The notes beneath the pieces were generated by a model. It made no database searches, was not told where the DNA came from, and saw only the letters and a program-made list of their open reading frames with translations. A stretch of 64,000 nucleotides of DNA from Eubacteriales bacterium (GTDB lineage Bacteria; Bacillota; Clostridia; Christensenellales; CAG-917): the NCBI GenBank assembly GCA_035449045.1, contig DAOTKC010000001.1:72145-136144 (forward strand). The letters run 5' to 3'. This document shows, piece after piece, positions 19,484-27,999 of this stretch. The position numbers and the translations under genes were made by a program. Each line of letters starts with the position of its first letter. Positions within the stretch are counted from its first letter, which is position 1.

Positions 19484-21438
19484 TATCGCACTCCCGAGCC
19501 CGGCTCGATTTCGCCGTCGGGCGAAACTATGGCAAGGCCAGCCTTGCCCTCGGCGCAGAGAATCATGCCGCGGCTCTCGATTCCCGCAATAGTAGCGGGC
19601 TTGAGATTGGCGACGAATACCACACTTTTGCCGACTAGCTCCTCGGGCTTGTAGAATTCGGCGATGCCGCTGACTACCGTTCGTGTCGCGCCGCCCTCGT
19701 CAAGCGTAAGCTTCAAAAGCTTCCTTCTGCCCTCCACTCTTTCGGCCGCAATGATTTTGGCGGTCTTAAGCTCGGCCTTCAAAAACTCATCAATGCCGAT
19801 TTCCTCTTTACCGGCCTGCTTGGGAGCGGGCTCGGCCGAAGGTTTTTCCCCCGCCTTTTTCGCCTGCGCTTTAGCCTCTTCGGCCTCGAGTTCGGCAAGC
19901 TCTTTCTTTATATCGACACGATTAAAAATGGGCGGGATTTTTTTGACGAGGCTTCCCGCGGGCAGCGCGCCGAAAGCGGCGAGGCTTTCAAAGCTCTTAA
20001 GATTGTCGGGCACGCCCAATCCCTCGAACACCAGCGCGGGCGCATTGGTCAAAAAGGGTTGCAGCGCCACGGCGGCAAAGCGTATTGTTTCGGCGAGGTT
20101 ATAAAGCACGGTGGCAAGCCTTTTGCGGTCGCCGTTTTTGAACAAAACCCATGGCGCGGTGTCGTCAATATATTTGTTGGCCTTGTTTAAAAGCGCGAAA
20201 ATGTTCTCGAGCGCGGCGGGCGCGTCAAGCTCGTCTATGCATTGTTTAACTTTGGCAAGAAGCTGTTCCGCAGTTTCTATCAGCGAAGCGTCATTACCGT
20301 CTAAATCGCCGAACGCGGGGATTATCCCGTCAAAATATTGGATAATCATGGCGATTGTGCGAGAAACGAGGTTGCCGAAGACGTTGGCGAGGTCGGTGTT
20401 TATCCGCTTTAAAAACAGCTCGTTGGTGAACATGCCGTCGCTGCCGAAGGGCACTTCGCGGAGAAGATAGTATCTGACGGCGTCGACGCCGTAGCGCGAC
20501 GAAAGCAAAAACGGGTCGGCGGCGTTGCCCTTGGACTTGCTCATTTTGTCGCCTCCGAAAAGCAGCCACCCGTGTCCATAAACCTCGGCGGGCAGCGGCA
20601 AATCGAGCGCCATTAAGATTGCGGGCCAGATTATAGTGTGGAAGCGGACTATCTCCTTGCCCACCATGTGGAGGTCGGCCGGCCAATATTTTTTGAAGAG
20701 GCTGTCGTCCTCGCCTTGGTAGCCGAGAGCCGTTATATAGTTGGAGAGCGCGTCAATCCAAACATAGATGACGTGCTTTTCGTCGAAAGTGACGGGCACG
20801 CCCCATTTAAAGGAGGTGCGCGAGACGCACAAATCCTTGAGGCCGGGCTTTATAAAATTGTTTATCATCTCGTTCATGCGGCTTTTGGGCGAGATGAAAT
20901 TGGGGTTTTTGGTGTAGAGTTCCATCAGCCTGTCCTGATATTTGGAAAGGCGGAAAAAGTAGCTCTCCTCTTTCATGAGCTTGACTTCGCGGCCGCAGTC
21001 GGGGCATTTGCCGTCATTAAGCTGGCTTTTCGTCCAGAACGACTCGCAGGGCGTGCAATACATCCCTTCGTATTCCGACTTGTAGAGGTCGCCTTTTTCG
21101 TATAAAATCTTGAAAATTTTCTGCACCGCCGCCTCGTGATAGGCGTCCGTCGTTCTGATGAACTTATCAAAGCTGATATCGAGCAGCTTCCACAGCTCGG
21201 TTATCTCGGCGTAGAGCCCGTCGACAAATTGCTTGGGCGTGGTGCCGGCGGCTTTTGCTTTCTCTTCCACCTTTTGGCCGTGCTCGTCGGTGCCTGTGAG
21301 GTAGAAGACGTCGTAGCCCGCCATACGCTTGAACCGCGCTATAGCGTCGCAGATGACGGTGGTATAGCAGTGGCCGAGGTGAAACTTGCCGCTGGAATAA
21401 TAAATCGGTGTCGTGATATAGTAAGTTTTCTTTTCCAT
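19483..21438 (-). CDS. metG: methionine-tRNA ligase with C-terminal tRNA-binding (Trbp111-like) domain
   Basis: HLGH and KMSKS motifs, a CPDCG zinc knuckle and a C-terminal OB-fold tail. 651 aa. Confidence 0.94.
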   Translation of the reverse strand: MEKKTYYITTPIYYSSGKFHLGHCYTTVICDAIARFKRMAGYDVFYLTGTDEHGQKVEEKAKAAGTTPKQFVDGLYAEITELWKLLDISFDKFIRTTDAYHEAAVQKIFKILYEKGDLYKSEYEGMYCTPCESFWTKSQLNDGKCPDCGREVKLMKEESYFFRLSKYQDRLMELYTKNPNFISPKSRMNEMINNFIKPGLKDLCVSRTSFKWGVPVTFDEKHVIYVWIDALSNYITALGYQGEDDSLFKKYWPADLHMVGKEIVRFHTIIWPAILMALDLPLPAEVYGHGWLLFGGDKMSKSKGNAADPFLLSSRYGVDAVRYYLLREVPFGSDGMFTNELFLKRINTDLANVFGNLVSRTIAMIIQYFDGIIPAFGDLDGNDASLIETAEQLLAKVKQCIDELDAPAALENIFALLNKANKYIDDTAPWVLFKNGDRKRLATVLYNLAETIRFAAVALQPFLTNAPALVFEGLGVPDNLKSFESLAAFGALPAGSLVKKIPPIFNRVDIKKELAELEAEEAKAQAKKAGEKPSAEPAPKQAGKEEIGIDEFLKAELKTAKIIAAERVEGRRKLLKLTLDEGGATRTVVSGIAEFYKPEELVGKSVVFVANLKPATIAGIESRGMILCAEGKAGLAIVSPDGEIEPGSGVR

Positions 21439-21592
21439 TAACTCTTTCCTACCAAAAAATCACATATAGTATAACTAATCATAGTTGAAATGTCCATTGA
21501 ATAACATAATAACGCCCCTCGTGGCGCTTATTTTTAAGGAAAAAAGCGGAATTTAGGTTATTTTGAGCCCAAGCCGCTTTTTAAGGTTTAGC

Positions 21593-22213
21593 GTGAACGC
21601 TGTATTTTTTAGCTTGCTTTTGGTGTCCATGGCAATCATATTGTTTACCGCGCCCGACAAGGCGATGTCGGCGCTGCTTTCGGGCGGAACGGAGGGAATA
21701 ACGCTCTCCGTCAAGCTTCTCGCCATCTACGCGGTGTGGCTGTCGGTCTTAAAGATGGCGGAAAAACTCGACCTCACCGAAAAGCTCTCGAGACTTTTCC
21801 GCCCGCTAATCCGAAAACTGATGAAAGGCGAATCGCCCAAGGCAGAAAAGCTCATTGCCGTCAACCTCGCCGCCAACATGCTGGGCATGGGCGGTGCGGC
21901 GACGCCGGCGGGCATCGGCGCAATCCGCGAGATGTGGGACGGCAAAAGCGATACCGCAACCGATAATATGCTTATGCTGGTTGTCTTGAACGCTACCTCC
22001 GTTCAGCTCATCCCCGCCACTGTCGTCGCCATGCGGATTGCGGCGGGCAGCGGCTCGGCCGCCGATATAATTCTCCCTTCCCTTCTCGCCACGCTTTTCT
22101 CTTCCGTTCTCGCCGTAATTTTGGTCAAGACGCTGTCGCTCAAAATAAGAAAGCCTAAGTCCTTAAAGGGCTTTAAAAAGCGCGGCGAAGGCGTCTTTTT
22201 AGACTCAAAATGA
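21593..22213 (+). CDS. spmA: spore maturation protein A (nucleoside-recognition domain membrane protein)
   Basis: A polytopic membrane protein paired with spmB through an ATGA overlap. I set the start at GTG 21593 (MNAVFF) by analogy with the SpmA N-terminus. The track ORF begins at TTG 21563. Confidence 0.8.
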   Translation: MNAVFFSLLLVSMAIILFTAPDKAMSALLSGGTEGITLSVKLLAIYAVWLSVLKMAEKLDLTEKLSRLFRPLIRKLMKGESPKAEKLIAVNLAANMLGMGGAATPAGIGAIREMWDGKSDTATDNMLMLVVLNATSVQLIPATVVAMRIAAGSGSAADIILPSLLATLFSSVLAVILVKTLSLKIRKPKSLKGFKKRGEGVFLDSK

Positions 22214-22716
22214 GCGTTTACATTCTTCCCGTTTTTATAATCGCGCTGCTCATTTTTTCGGCGATAAAAAAAATCCGCGTCTACGACTGCTTCGTTGAGG
22301 GCGGTAAAGAGGCCCTGAAGCTCATCGGCACTGTCTTTCCTTATATTGCTGCCGTGTCCATCGCCATAGCCGTCTTCAAAGAGAGCGGCTTTTCGGCGGT
22401 TTTATCCAAGCTTTTGGCTTATCCTCTTTCCTTTCTCGGCATTCCCGGCGAGCTTGCCGAGCTCATGATGTTGATACCGGTCAGCGGCAACGGCGCCGTC
22501 GCCATGCTGGAAAACATCCTGATTGAATACGGCGCCGACAGCTACATAGGCCGTTGCGCTTCCGCCATTATGGGCAGCAGCGAAACCGTCTTTTATATCT
22601 CGGCAGTTTACTTTTCCGACACCTCGGTAAAAAAGCTCCGATTTGCCATCCCCGCGGCGCTACTCGCAAATTTCGGCGGCTCGATTGTCGCCTGCCTTCT
22701 CTGTAGATTTATTTAA
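22210..22716 (+). CDS. spmB: spore maturation protein B
   Basis: 168-aa membrane protein immediately after spmA. Confidence 0.8.
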   Translation: MSVYILPVFIIALLIFSAIKKIRVYDCFVEGGKEALKLIGTVFPYIAAVSIAIAVFKESGFSAVLSKLLAYPLSFLGIPGELAELMMLIPVSGNGAVAMLENILIEYGADSYIGRCASAIMGSSETVFYISAVYFSDTSVKKLRFAIPAALLANFGGSIVACLLCRFI

Positions 22717-22835
22717 GAGTTATTGCTGATTCGCTTATTAAATTTTGCTGTTCCGAACTTTCAAAACAATAACCCCATTGCCTTTTAAATTAAGCTTTGA
22801 GCCTGATCTATTGTTTGTTACGGCTGTTTTATTTG

Positions 22836-22864
22836 TTTACAATTGTATTCGTTTAGTTTAAAAT
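22836..22864 (+). promoter_or_regulatory. candidate promoter of the pyrophosphatase gene
   Basis: TTTACA, a 17-nt spacer, then TAAAAT, about 27 nt upstream of the GGAGG-ATG. Confidence 0.45.
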
Positions 22865-22890
22865 AGGTATAACTATATACGGAGGTTTAT

Positions 22891-25008
22891 ATGACTGCTT
22901 TACAGATTGTTTTGCTGATAAGCATTATCGTCGCCTTGGCGGCGTTCGGGCTGGCGGCGCTTCTCTACGTCTTCGTCGTCAAGCTGAAATCGGAAAACGA
23001 AAAAATCGCCAAGATTGCCGAGTATATCCGAAAGGGCGCCAACACCTTTTTAAAGAAGGAATACGGCGTGCTGGCGTTTTTTGCGCTGGCGGCCGGCATA
23101 TTAATAGTGCTGTTTTTGCCGCACCCCATTTGGAGCGGCGAGCCGCTTAAAAACGTCTTTATGCTGATTTCCTACTTCGCCGGCACAATCTTCTCGGCGT
23201 TCGCGGGCAAAATAGGCATTCAAATAGCGACTATCGCCAACAAAAAGGCCGCCGAAGCCGCCAAGGAAGGCATTAAGCCCTCATTTATGGCGGGATTTAG
23301 GGGCGGCGCCGTCATGGGTATGGCGGTAGTGGGCACCAGTCTTTTGGGCGTGGCCGCGCTGTTTTGGATTTTCGGCGACGCCACCATGCTGTTGGGCTTC
23401 TCCTTCGGCGCAAGCTCGCTCGCGCTGTTTGCCAAAGCGGGCGGCGGCATATTCACCAAAACCGCCGATGTCTCCGCCGACCTCGTCGGCAAAGTCGAGC
23501 TCGGCATACCCGAGGACGACCCGAGAAACCCCGCGGTCATAGCCGATAACGTCGGTGACAATGTCGGCGACGTCGCCGGCATGGGCGCCGACCTCTTCGA
23601 CTCCAACGTGGCATCTATGACAGCCGCGCTCGTCATGGCCTCGGCCATAGACGCCTCGACGGGCGGCAGATACAGCGCCACCGTCATGGTATTCTGCTAT
23701 GCCGCCATCGGCTTGTTTGCCTCAATTTTGGGCGTGGCTACGGCGCGCATAGGCAAGAAAGGCAATCCCACCATGGCGCTCAACAGCTCGACTTACGTCA
23801 CCACGGCAATCTTCGCCGCCGTCACGGCAGGCGCAACCGCCATCTTCTTCAACACTACGGCAGGCTGGTGCATTTGGGGCGCTTCCGCCATCGGTCTCAT
23901 CGTCGGCACCGTAATAGGACTCACCACCGACTTCTTTACAAACGACACTAAAAAACCCGTTCAAAACGTCGCCAAAGCGTCTAAATCGGGACCAGCCTTC
24001 ACCATCCTTTCGGGGCTCTCCTACAGCTTCGTAAGCGTGCTGCCCGCCATGATAGGCATAGCGGTCTCGGCGCTCGGCTCTTATCTCGTCTGCTCCGAAT
24101 TTATCGGAAAGTCGCTGGGTATGTCGTCCGAATTCGGCATGTTCGGCATCGCGATGGCGGCCGTCGGCATGCTGTCAATCGTCGGCATGATAGTCGCCAA
24201 CGACGCCTACGGGCCGATTGTCGACAACGCGCGCGGCCTCGCCGAAATGGGCGAACTCGGCGAAGAAGTGCTTGAAATCACCGACCAGCTCGACTCGGCG
24301 GGCAACACCGTCAAGGCGATAACCAAGGGCTTTGCCATCGGCGCGGCGGGACTGACCGTCATCGCGCTGCTCGGCGCCTTTATGAGCGAGGTCAACTCCG
24401 CGGCGGGAAGAACGGTCATATCCGGCTTCGACGTCATGAACCCCATCGTCTTTTTCGGAATTTTGGTCGGCGCCGCGCTGCCCGCGGTGTTCTCTGCCAT
24501 GCTGATACTGGGCGTCGATAAAAACGCGCAGCGGATGGTCGGCGAAATACACCGCCAGTTCGACACCATTCCCGGCCTTAAAGAGGGCGCGGAGGGCGTC
24601 GTTCCCGACTATGACAAATGCATTAACCTCGCCACAAAGGGCGCTCTCCGCGAGCTGGTGCCCGCCGGCGTATTCGCCATACTGCTGACGCTCGCCGTCG
24701 GCTTGGTGGGCGGCGTTCAGGCAATCGGCGGCTTCTTGCTCGGCAACATCGTAAGCGGACTTCTTCTCGCGCTCATCATGTCCAACGCGGGCGGGCTTTG
24801 GGACAATGCCAAGAAATACGTCGAATCGGGTCACGAGGGCGGCAAAGGCAGCGCCGCGCACAAGTCGGCCGTCGTCGGCGACACCGTGGGCGACCCATTC
24901 AAGGATACCGCAGGCCCCTCCATCAACACCCAAATCACCGTCGTCAGCTTGGTCGCATCTTTAACCGGCGTCATCTTTTTGAACTTCTCGGCGGTCGGAC
25001 TCATCTAA
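22891..25008 (+). CDS. hppA: membrane-bound proton-translocating pyrophosphatase, K+-independent-type signature
   Basis: 705-aa polytopic protein with DNVGDNVGD and GNTVKAITKGFAIG motifs (Lys and Thr at the K+-dependence determinant positions). Confidence 0.92.
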   Translation: MTALQIVLLISIIVALAAFGLAALLYVFVVKLKSENEKIAKIAEYIRKGANTFLKKEYGVLAFFALAAGILIVLFLPHPIWSGEPLKNVFMLISYFAGTIFSAFAGKIGIQIATIANKKAAEAAKEGIKPSFMAGFRGGAVMGMAVVGTSLLGVAALFWIFGDATMLLGFSFGASSLALFAKAGGGIFTKTADVSADLVGKVELGIPEDDPRNPAVIADNVGDNVGDVAGMGADLFDSNVASMTAALVMASAIDASTGGRYSATVMVFCYAAIGLFASILGVATARIGKKGNPTMALNSSTYVTTAIFAAVTAGATAIFFNTTAGWCIWGASAIGLIVGTVIGLTTDFFTNDTKKPVQNVAKASKSGPAFTILSGLSYSFVSVLPAMIGIAVSALGSYLVCSEFIGKSLGMSSEFGMFGIAMAAVGMLSIVGMIVANDAYGPIVDNARGLAEMGELGEEVLEITDQLDSAGNTVKAITKGFAIGAAGLTVIALLGAFMSEVNSAAGRTVISGFDVMNPIVFFGILVGAALPAVFSAMLILGVDKNAQRMVGEIHRQFDTIPGLKEGAEGVVPDYDKCINLATKGALRELVPAGVFAILLTLAVGLVGGVQAIGGFLLGNIVSGLLLALIMSNAGGLWDNAKKYVESGHEGGKGSAAHKSAVVGDTVGDPFKDTAGPSINTQITVVSLVASLTGVIFLNFSAVGLI

Positions 25009-25030
25009 AGCAATCTACGATATTTTAATG

Positions 25031-25059
25031 AAAAAAGCCGTCCGGTGGACGGCTTTTTC
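25031..25059. terminator. bidirectional intrinsic terminator between hppA and the DUF1858 gene
   Basis: AAAAAA-GCCGTCC-GGT-GGACGGC-TTTTT. The A-tract and T-tract flank the same stem. Confidence 0.7.
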
Positions 25060-25172
25060 TTTGTGCCTTTTAGCTAAATAAGACCTTGATTTATTCTTTA
25101 TTCAAGAGTTTCACCAACTCGCATAAGGCCGTGTTACGGCTATGTCGAGAAGTCAATAGGGCGGCTCGGGAT

Positions 25173-25373
25173 TTAGCAATATTGGTTGATTTGCTCGGCG
25201 AGCTTGTCGGCGTCGGCGCCGTGGACCTCGCAGGCCTGCTCCAGCGTTTCGCCGTGAGCCATGGCGCAACCTATGCAGTGCATTCCCGCTTTTTGCAGGA
25301 TTTTGACGACGGCGTTGACGTCGGTCACGTTTCCGATTATGTCGGCAATCAGCATATCTTTAGTTACTTTCAT
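25173..25373 (-). CDS. DUF1858 / hybrid-cluster-protein-associated redox disulfide family small protein
   Basis: 66 aa, MKVTKDMLIADII...GMHCIGCAMAHGETLEQAC. AGGAGA SD before ATG 25373. Confidence 0.75.
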   Translation of the reverse strand: MKVTKDMLIADIIGNVTDVNAVVKILQKAGMHCIGCAMAHGETLEQACEVHGADADKLAEQINQYC

Positions 25374-25497
25374 ATTTTTCTCCTGGGCGGAATTCCGCAA
25401 TAATATTATTATTTAATTTTTTCGCTTTTTTATCTTTAGGTATTATTTGCTTTTAATTTTTCAGGGCGTTTCTATTCGGTTTCCCGAGGCAATAGGC

Positions 25498-26574
25498 CTA
25501 GATGACGCCCGAGGATTTTAAGAAGTAGACGATGAGGGCAATGAGCCCTAGCGCGAGAAGCGCCGCAATCGTCACGCGGAGGGCGGATACAGGCGACTTG
25601 CCCGTGGATCGGCCGGTGCGGCCGTTAACGAAAAAGTTATAGAGCTTGGTTTTGAAGTAGAACCCGCAAACCCAAAGCGGCATCAGGATGTGGCGGAAAC
25701 GGACGCTTAAATACCGCGTGTTGACGTTGAGATATCCCACGACATCGTAGGAATAGCGGGAGAGAATGCCGCGCTTTATTTCCTCGGTCATCTTGTCTTC
25801 GGCGATTTTGAAGCAGTTCTCCAAACTGTTGTCGTATCTCTCCGCCGAAAAACCCGCCAAAAACTCCTTTTTATATTCCTTGGCGTTCCCGATGTCGAAG
25901 GGCCCCAGTTTATCCATCTGTCTTTGGTTGAGCGTCTTGGACGACTCAATCAAAACGTTGGGAAAATATTTGTCGTAATTGCCGCTGACGTTGAACCAGC
26001 GCGTCCTCACCTCGGTGTGGCGGTTTTTGCCGCTTCCCACCGTCACGGTGTAGTGCTTGCCGAGCTGGCCGTTGTAAGTGGAGGCAGTGTTGCTCGAGTA
26101 GGAAAAACAGGGCGAATAGACGCCGCGGATGTTATCGACACTAAACTGCTTTTTGGCCTTGGACGGCGCGAAAAGCTTGCCTTTAATCCACTTTTTGCCG
26201 CATTCCGAAGCTTCTTCCTTGGTAACCTTAAACGGCAGCAGCGAGTCGGGCTTGAGCCCGGGAATTTGGTCGGCGTCGAGAATGCACGCCGCGCCGCAGA
26301 AGGGGCAGTTGTGCGCCGTCTCGAACTCCGAAAAATAGGTGTGGGCGTTGCAGTTTTTGCAGAGATAGGATATGCCGGTTTCCTCGACGTCGCCCTTTCC
26401 GATATAAGAAAAGTAGTCGCGCTCGGCTATCGCGGCTTCGGCCTCGATCGCCCCCGAACTTGAACAATAGGGACACTTGAGCGCGCCCGAGGCGACATCA
26501 AACACCATGTTGGCGCCGCAGTTGTCACATTTAACGACGTCGGCGTTTTTTAAATCGGATTTTTCCATCCCCAT
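25498..26574 (-). CDS. double zinc-ribbon protein with C-terminal transmembrane anchor (YdjG-like partner of the SPFH protein)
   Basis: Two CxxC...CxxC ribbons (CDNCG..CPYC and CKNCN..CPFCG) and a C-terminal hydrophobic helix VTIAALLALGLIALIVYFL. The start at 26574 (MGMEKSD) is uncertain. Confidence 0.7.
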   Translation of the reverse strand: MGMEKSDLKNADVVKCDNCGANMVFDVASGALKCPYCSSSGAIEAEAAIAERDYFSYIGKGDVEETGISYLCKNCNAHTYFSEFETAHNCPFCGAACILDADQIPGLKPDSLLPFKVTKEEASECGKKWIKGKLFAPSKAKKQFSVDNIRGVYSPCFSYSSNTASTYNGQLGKHYTVTVGSGKNRHTEVRTRWFNVSGNYDKYFPNVLIESSKTLNQRQMDKLGPFDIGNAKEYKKEFLAGFSAERYDNSLENCFKIAEDKMTEEIKRGILSRYSYDVVGYLNVNTRYLSVRFRHILMPLWVCGFYFKTKLYNFFVNGRTGRSTGKSPVSALRVTIAALLALGLIALIVYFLKSSGVI

Positions 26575-26701
26575 TTTTTTTACCGCTAATGCGGCTTGCC
26601 GGGCGCTTGTTATCGCGCTTAACAAATATATGCCGCAAACGTGACTTGTGCCCAACTAATTCGGCATAAGGCCAAATCTTCGGTGAATTTAGCTAAAAGA
26701 A

Positions 26702-26929
26702 CTAGTTCTTGGCGCCGCAGTGAGGGCAGAACTTGCCCGAGGCCGGCATTTCCTTGCCGCAAGCGGCGCAATTCTTGACCGCCGAAATCGGCGCGCCGCA
26801 GTCGGGACAGAACTTGGCGCTTGCTTTGACAGCCGCGCCGCACTTGCCGCATACCGCCGAACCGAGCTTGGCGCCGCAGTCGGGGCAGAATTTGGCGCCT
26901 GCCTTGACGGAAGCTCCGCATTTGCCGCA
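26702..26929 (-). repeat. three tandem ~70-80-nt repeats encoding the zinc-ribbon modules
   Basis: The plus strand repeats GGCGCCGCAGTCGGGGCAGAAyTTGGCGC...GCCGCAyTTGCCGCA. The second and third copies are near identical. Confidence 0.8.
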
Positions 26930-27805
26930 ACTTTCGGCGGCGGCTTTGGCGGACTGCTTGGCCATCGCCTCGGTCATGACACCGCCCAGCGTAATACCCG
27001 CGCCCAATCCCATGCCGGCGCCCGCCATGCCGCCAGGGTTTTTGGCGGCGTCGCGCATCGCTTGAGCGGCTTGGAAGCGCGCGTAGTTGTCCATGGAATC
27101 GGAAAGGACGCCCAAACTGGTGCGCTCGTCCATCGTCTTTTCGACCTCGGCGGGAAGAGAGAGATTTTCAATATAAAACGAAATCAGCTTAAGGCCGAGC
27201 TTGTCGAAGTCGGAAGTGAGGAATGTTTGAACGGCCGCCGAAATTTCGTCGTATTTGGCGGCTAGGTCGAGCGCGGCCACCTTGGATTCGGCTATGACGT
27301 CGCTTATCCTCGACACCAAAATCTTCTTTATGTATTCCTCAATCTGGTTTACGGTATAGAGTTTATTGGTGCCGAACAGCTCGCGCATGAACACCACGGG
27401 ATCGCCCACCCTTATCGAGTAAACGCCGTAGCCGCGAAGGCGGATGACGCCAAAATCGCGGTCGCGCATCATAATGGGGTTGGTAGTGCCCCACTTAAGG
27501 TTGGTGAACTGCTTGGTGTTGACGAAATAGACATCGCCCTTGTAGGGGTTTTCAAAGGCGTATTTCCAGTTGGCGAGCTTTGTCAGAATGGGCAGGTTGT
27601 TGGTGTCGAGCTTATATTTGCCGGGCCCGAAAACGTCGGCCACTACTCCCTCAAACACAAACACGGTCGCCTGCGATTCGTTGACGATCAGCTGCGAGCC
27701 TTTCATTATGGCATATCTGTCGGCCACCGTATAACGGTAGACCATGACGTTGTCGGTCGGGTCTTTCCACTCGATAACTTTAAGGAGTTGGTTTTTAAGT
27801 CCCAT
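26702..27805 (-). CDS. SPFH/Band-7 family protein (YdjI-like) with three C-terminal zinc-ribbon repeats
   Basis: N-terminus MGLKNQLLKVIEWKD..VMVYRY and VYFVNTKQFTNLKWGT resemble the YdjI-type SPFH family. The tail carries three copies of C-x2-CG...KFCP-x-CGA. Confidence 0.8.
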   Translation of the reverse strand: MGLKNQLLKVIEWKDPTDNVMVYRYTVADRYAIMKGSQLIVNESQATVFVFEGVVADVFGPGKYKLDTNNLPILTKLANWKYAFENPYKGDVYFVNTKQFTNLKWGTTNPIMMRDRDFGVIRLRGYGVYSIRVGDPVVFMRELFGTNKLYTVNQIEEYIKKILVSRISDVIAESKVAALDLAAKYDEISAAVQTFLTSDFDKLGLKLISFYIENLSLPAEVEKTMDERTSLGVLSDSMDNYARFQAAQAMRDAAKNPGGMAGAGMGLGAGITLGGVMTEAMAKQSAKAAAESCGKCGASVKAGAKFCPDCGAKLGSAVCGKCGAAVKASAKFCPDCGAPISAVKNCAACGKEMPASGKFCPHCGAKN

Positions 27806-27837
27806 TATTTTTACCTCCGATTCCTAATAACTATAAT

Positions 27838-27866
27838 ATTATATCATTTGCTCCCAACAAATGCAA
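27838..27866 (-). promoter_or_regulatory. candidate sigma-A promoter of the SPFH gene
   Basis: Minus strand reads TTGCAT, a 17-nt spacer, then TATAAT, about 30 nt upstream of the GGAGG-ATG. Confidence 0.55.
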
Positions 27867-27893
27867 TAAATTGTATGAATGAAAAGCGGCTTA

Positions 27894-27991
27894 CGCCGAA
27901 CGAATAATGAATAATGAATAACGGTGGATGCGGCGCGTTGCGCCGAACAAAAAACGATAAACGAAAAACGAAAAACGGAGGATGGCGGCGC
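27894..27991. repeat. two adjacent ~45-50-nt related elements with internal heptad repeats
   Basis: Unit 1 is CGCCGAAC-(GAATAAT)x3-AACGGTGGATGCGGCGCG. Unit 2 is CGCCGAAC-A-rich (ACGAAAA-type heptads x3-4)-ACGGAGGATGGCGGCGC. Confidence 0.7.
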
Positions 27992-27999
27992 AAGCGGGA

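Noticed and set aside
26619-26930. 103-aa Arg/Gln-rich ORF overlapping the end of the SPFH gene and the intergenic spacer.
   Set aside because: It is an alternative frame of the zinc-ribbon repeat DNA. The low-complexity RRQ-rich translation follows from the repeat, and there is no SD.
27894-27991. Possibility that the heptad-repeat units are a degenerate CRISPR array or minisatellite.
   Set aside because: There are only two units, the repeat length and spacing are wrong for CRISPR, there are no spacers and no cas genes are in the window. I kept it as an unexplained repeat in the findings instead.
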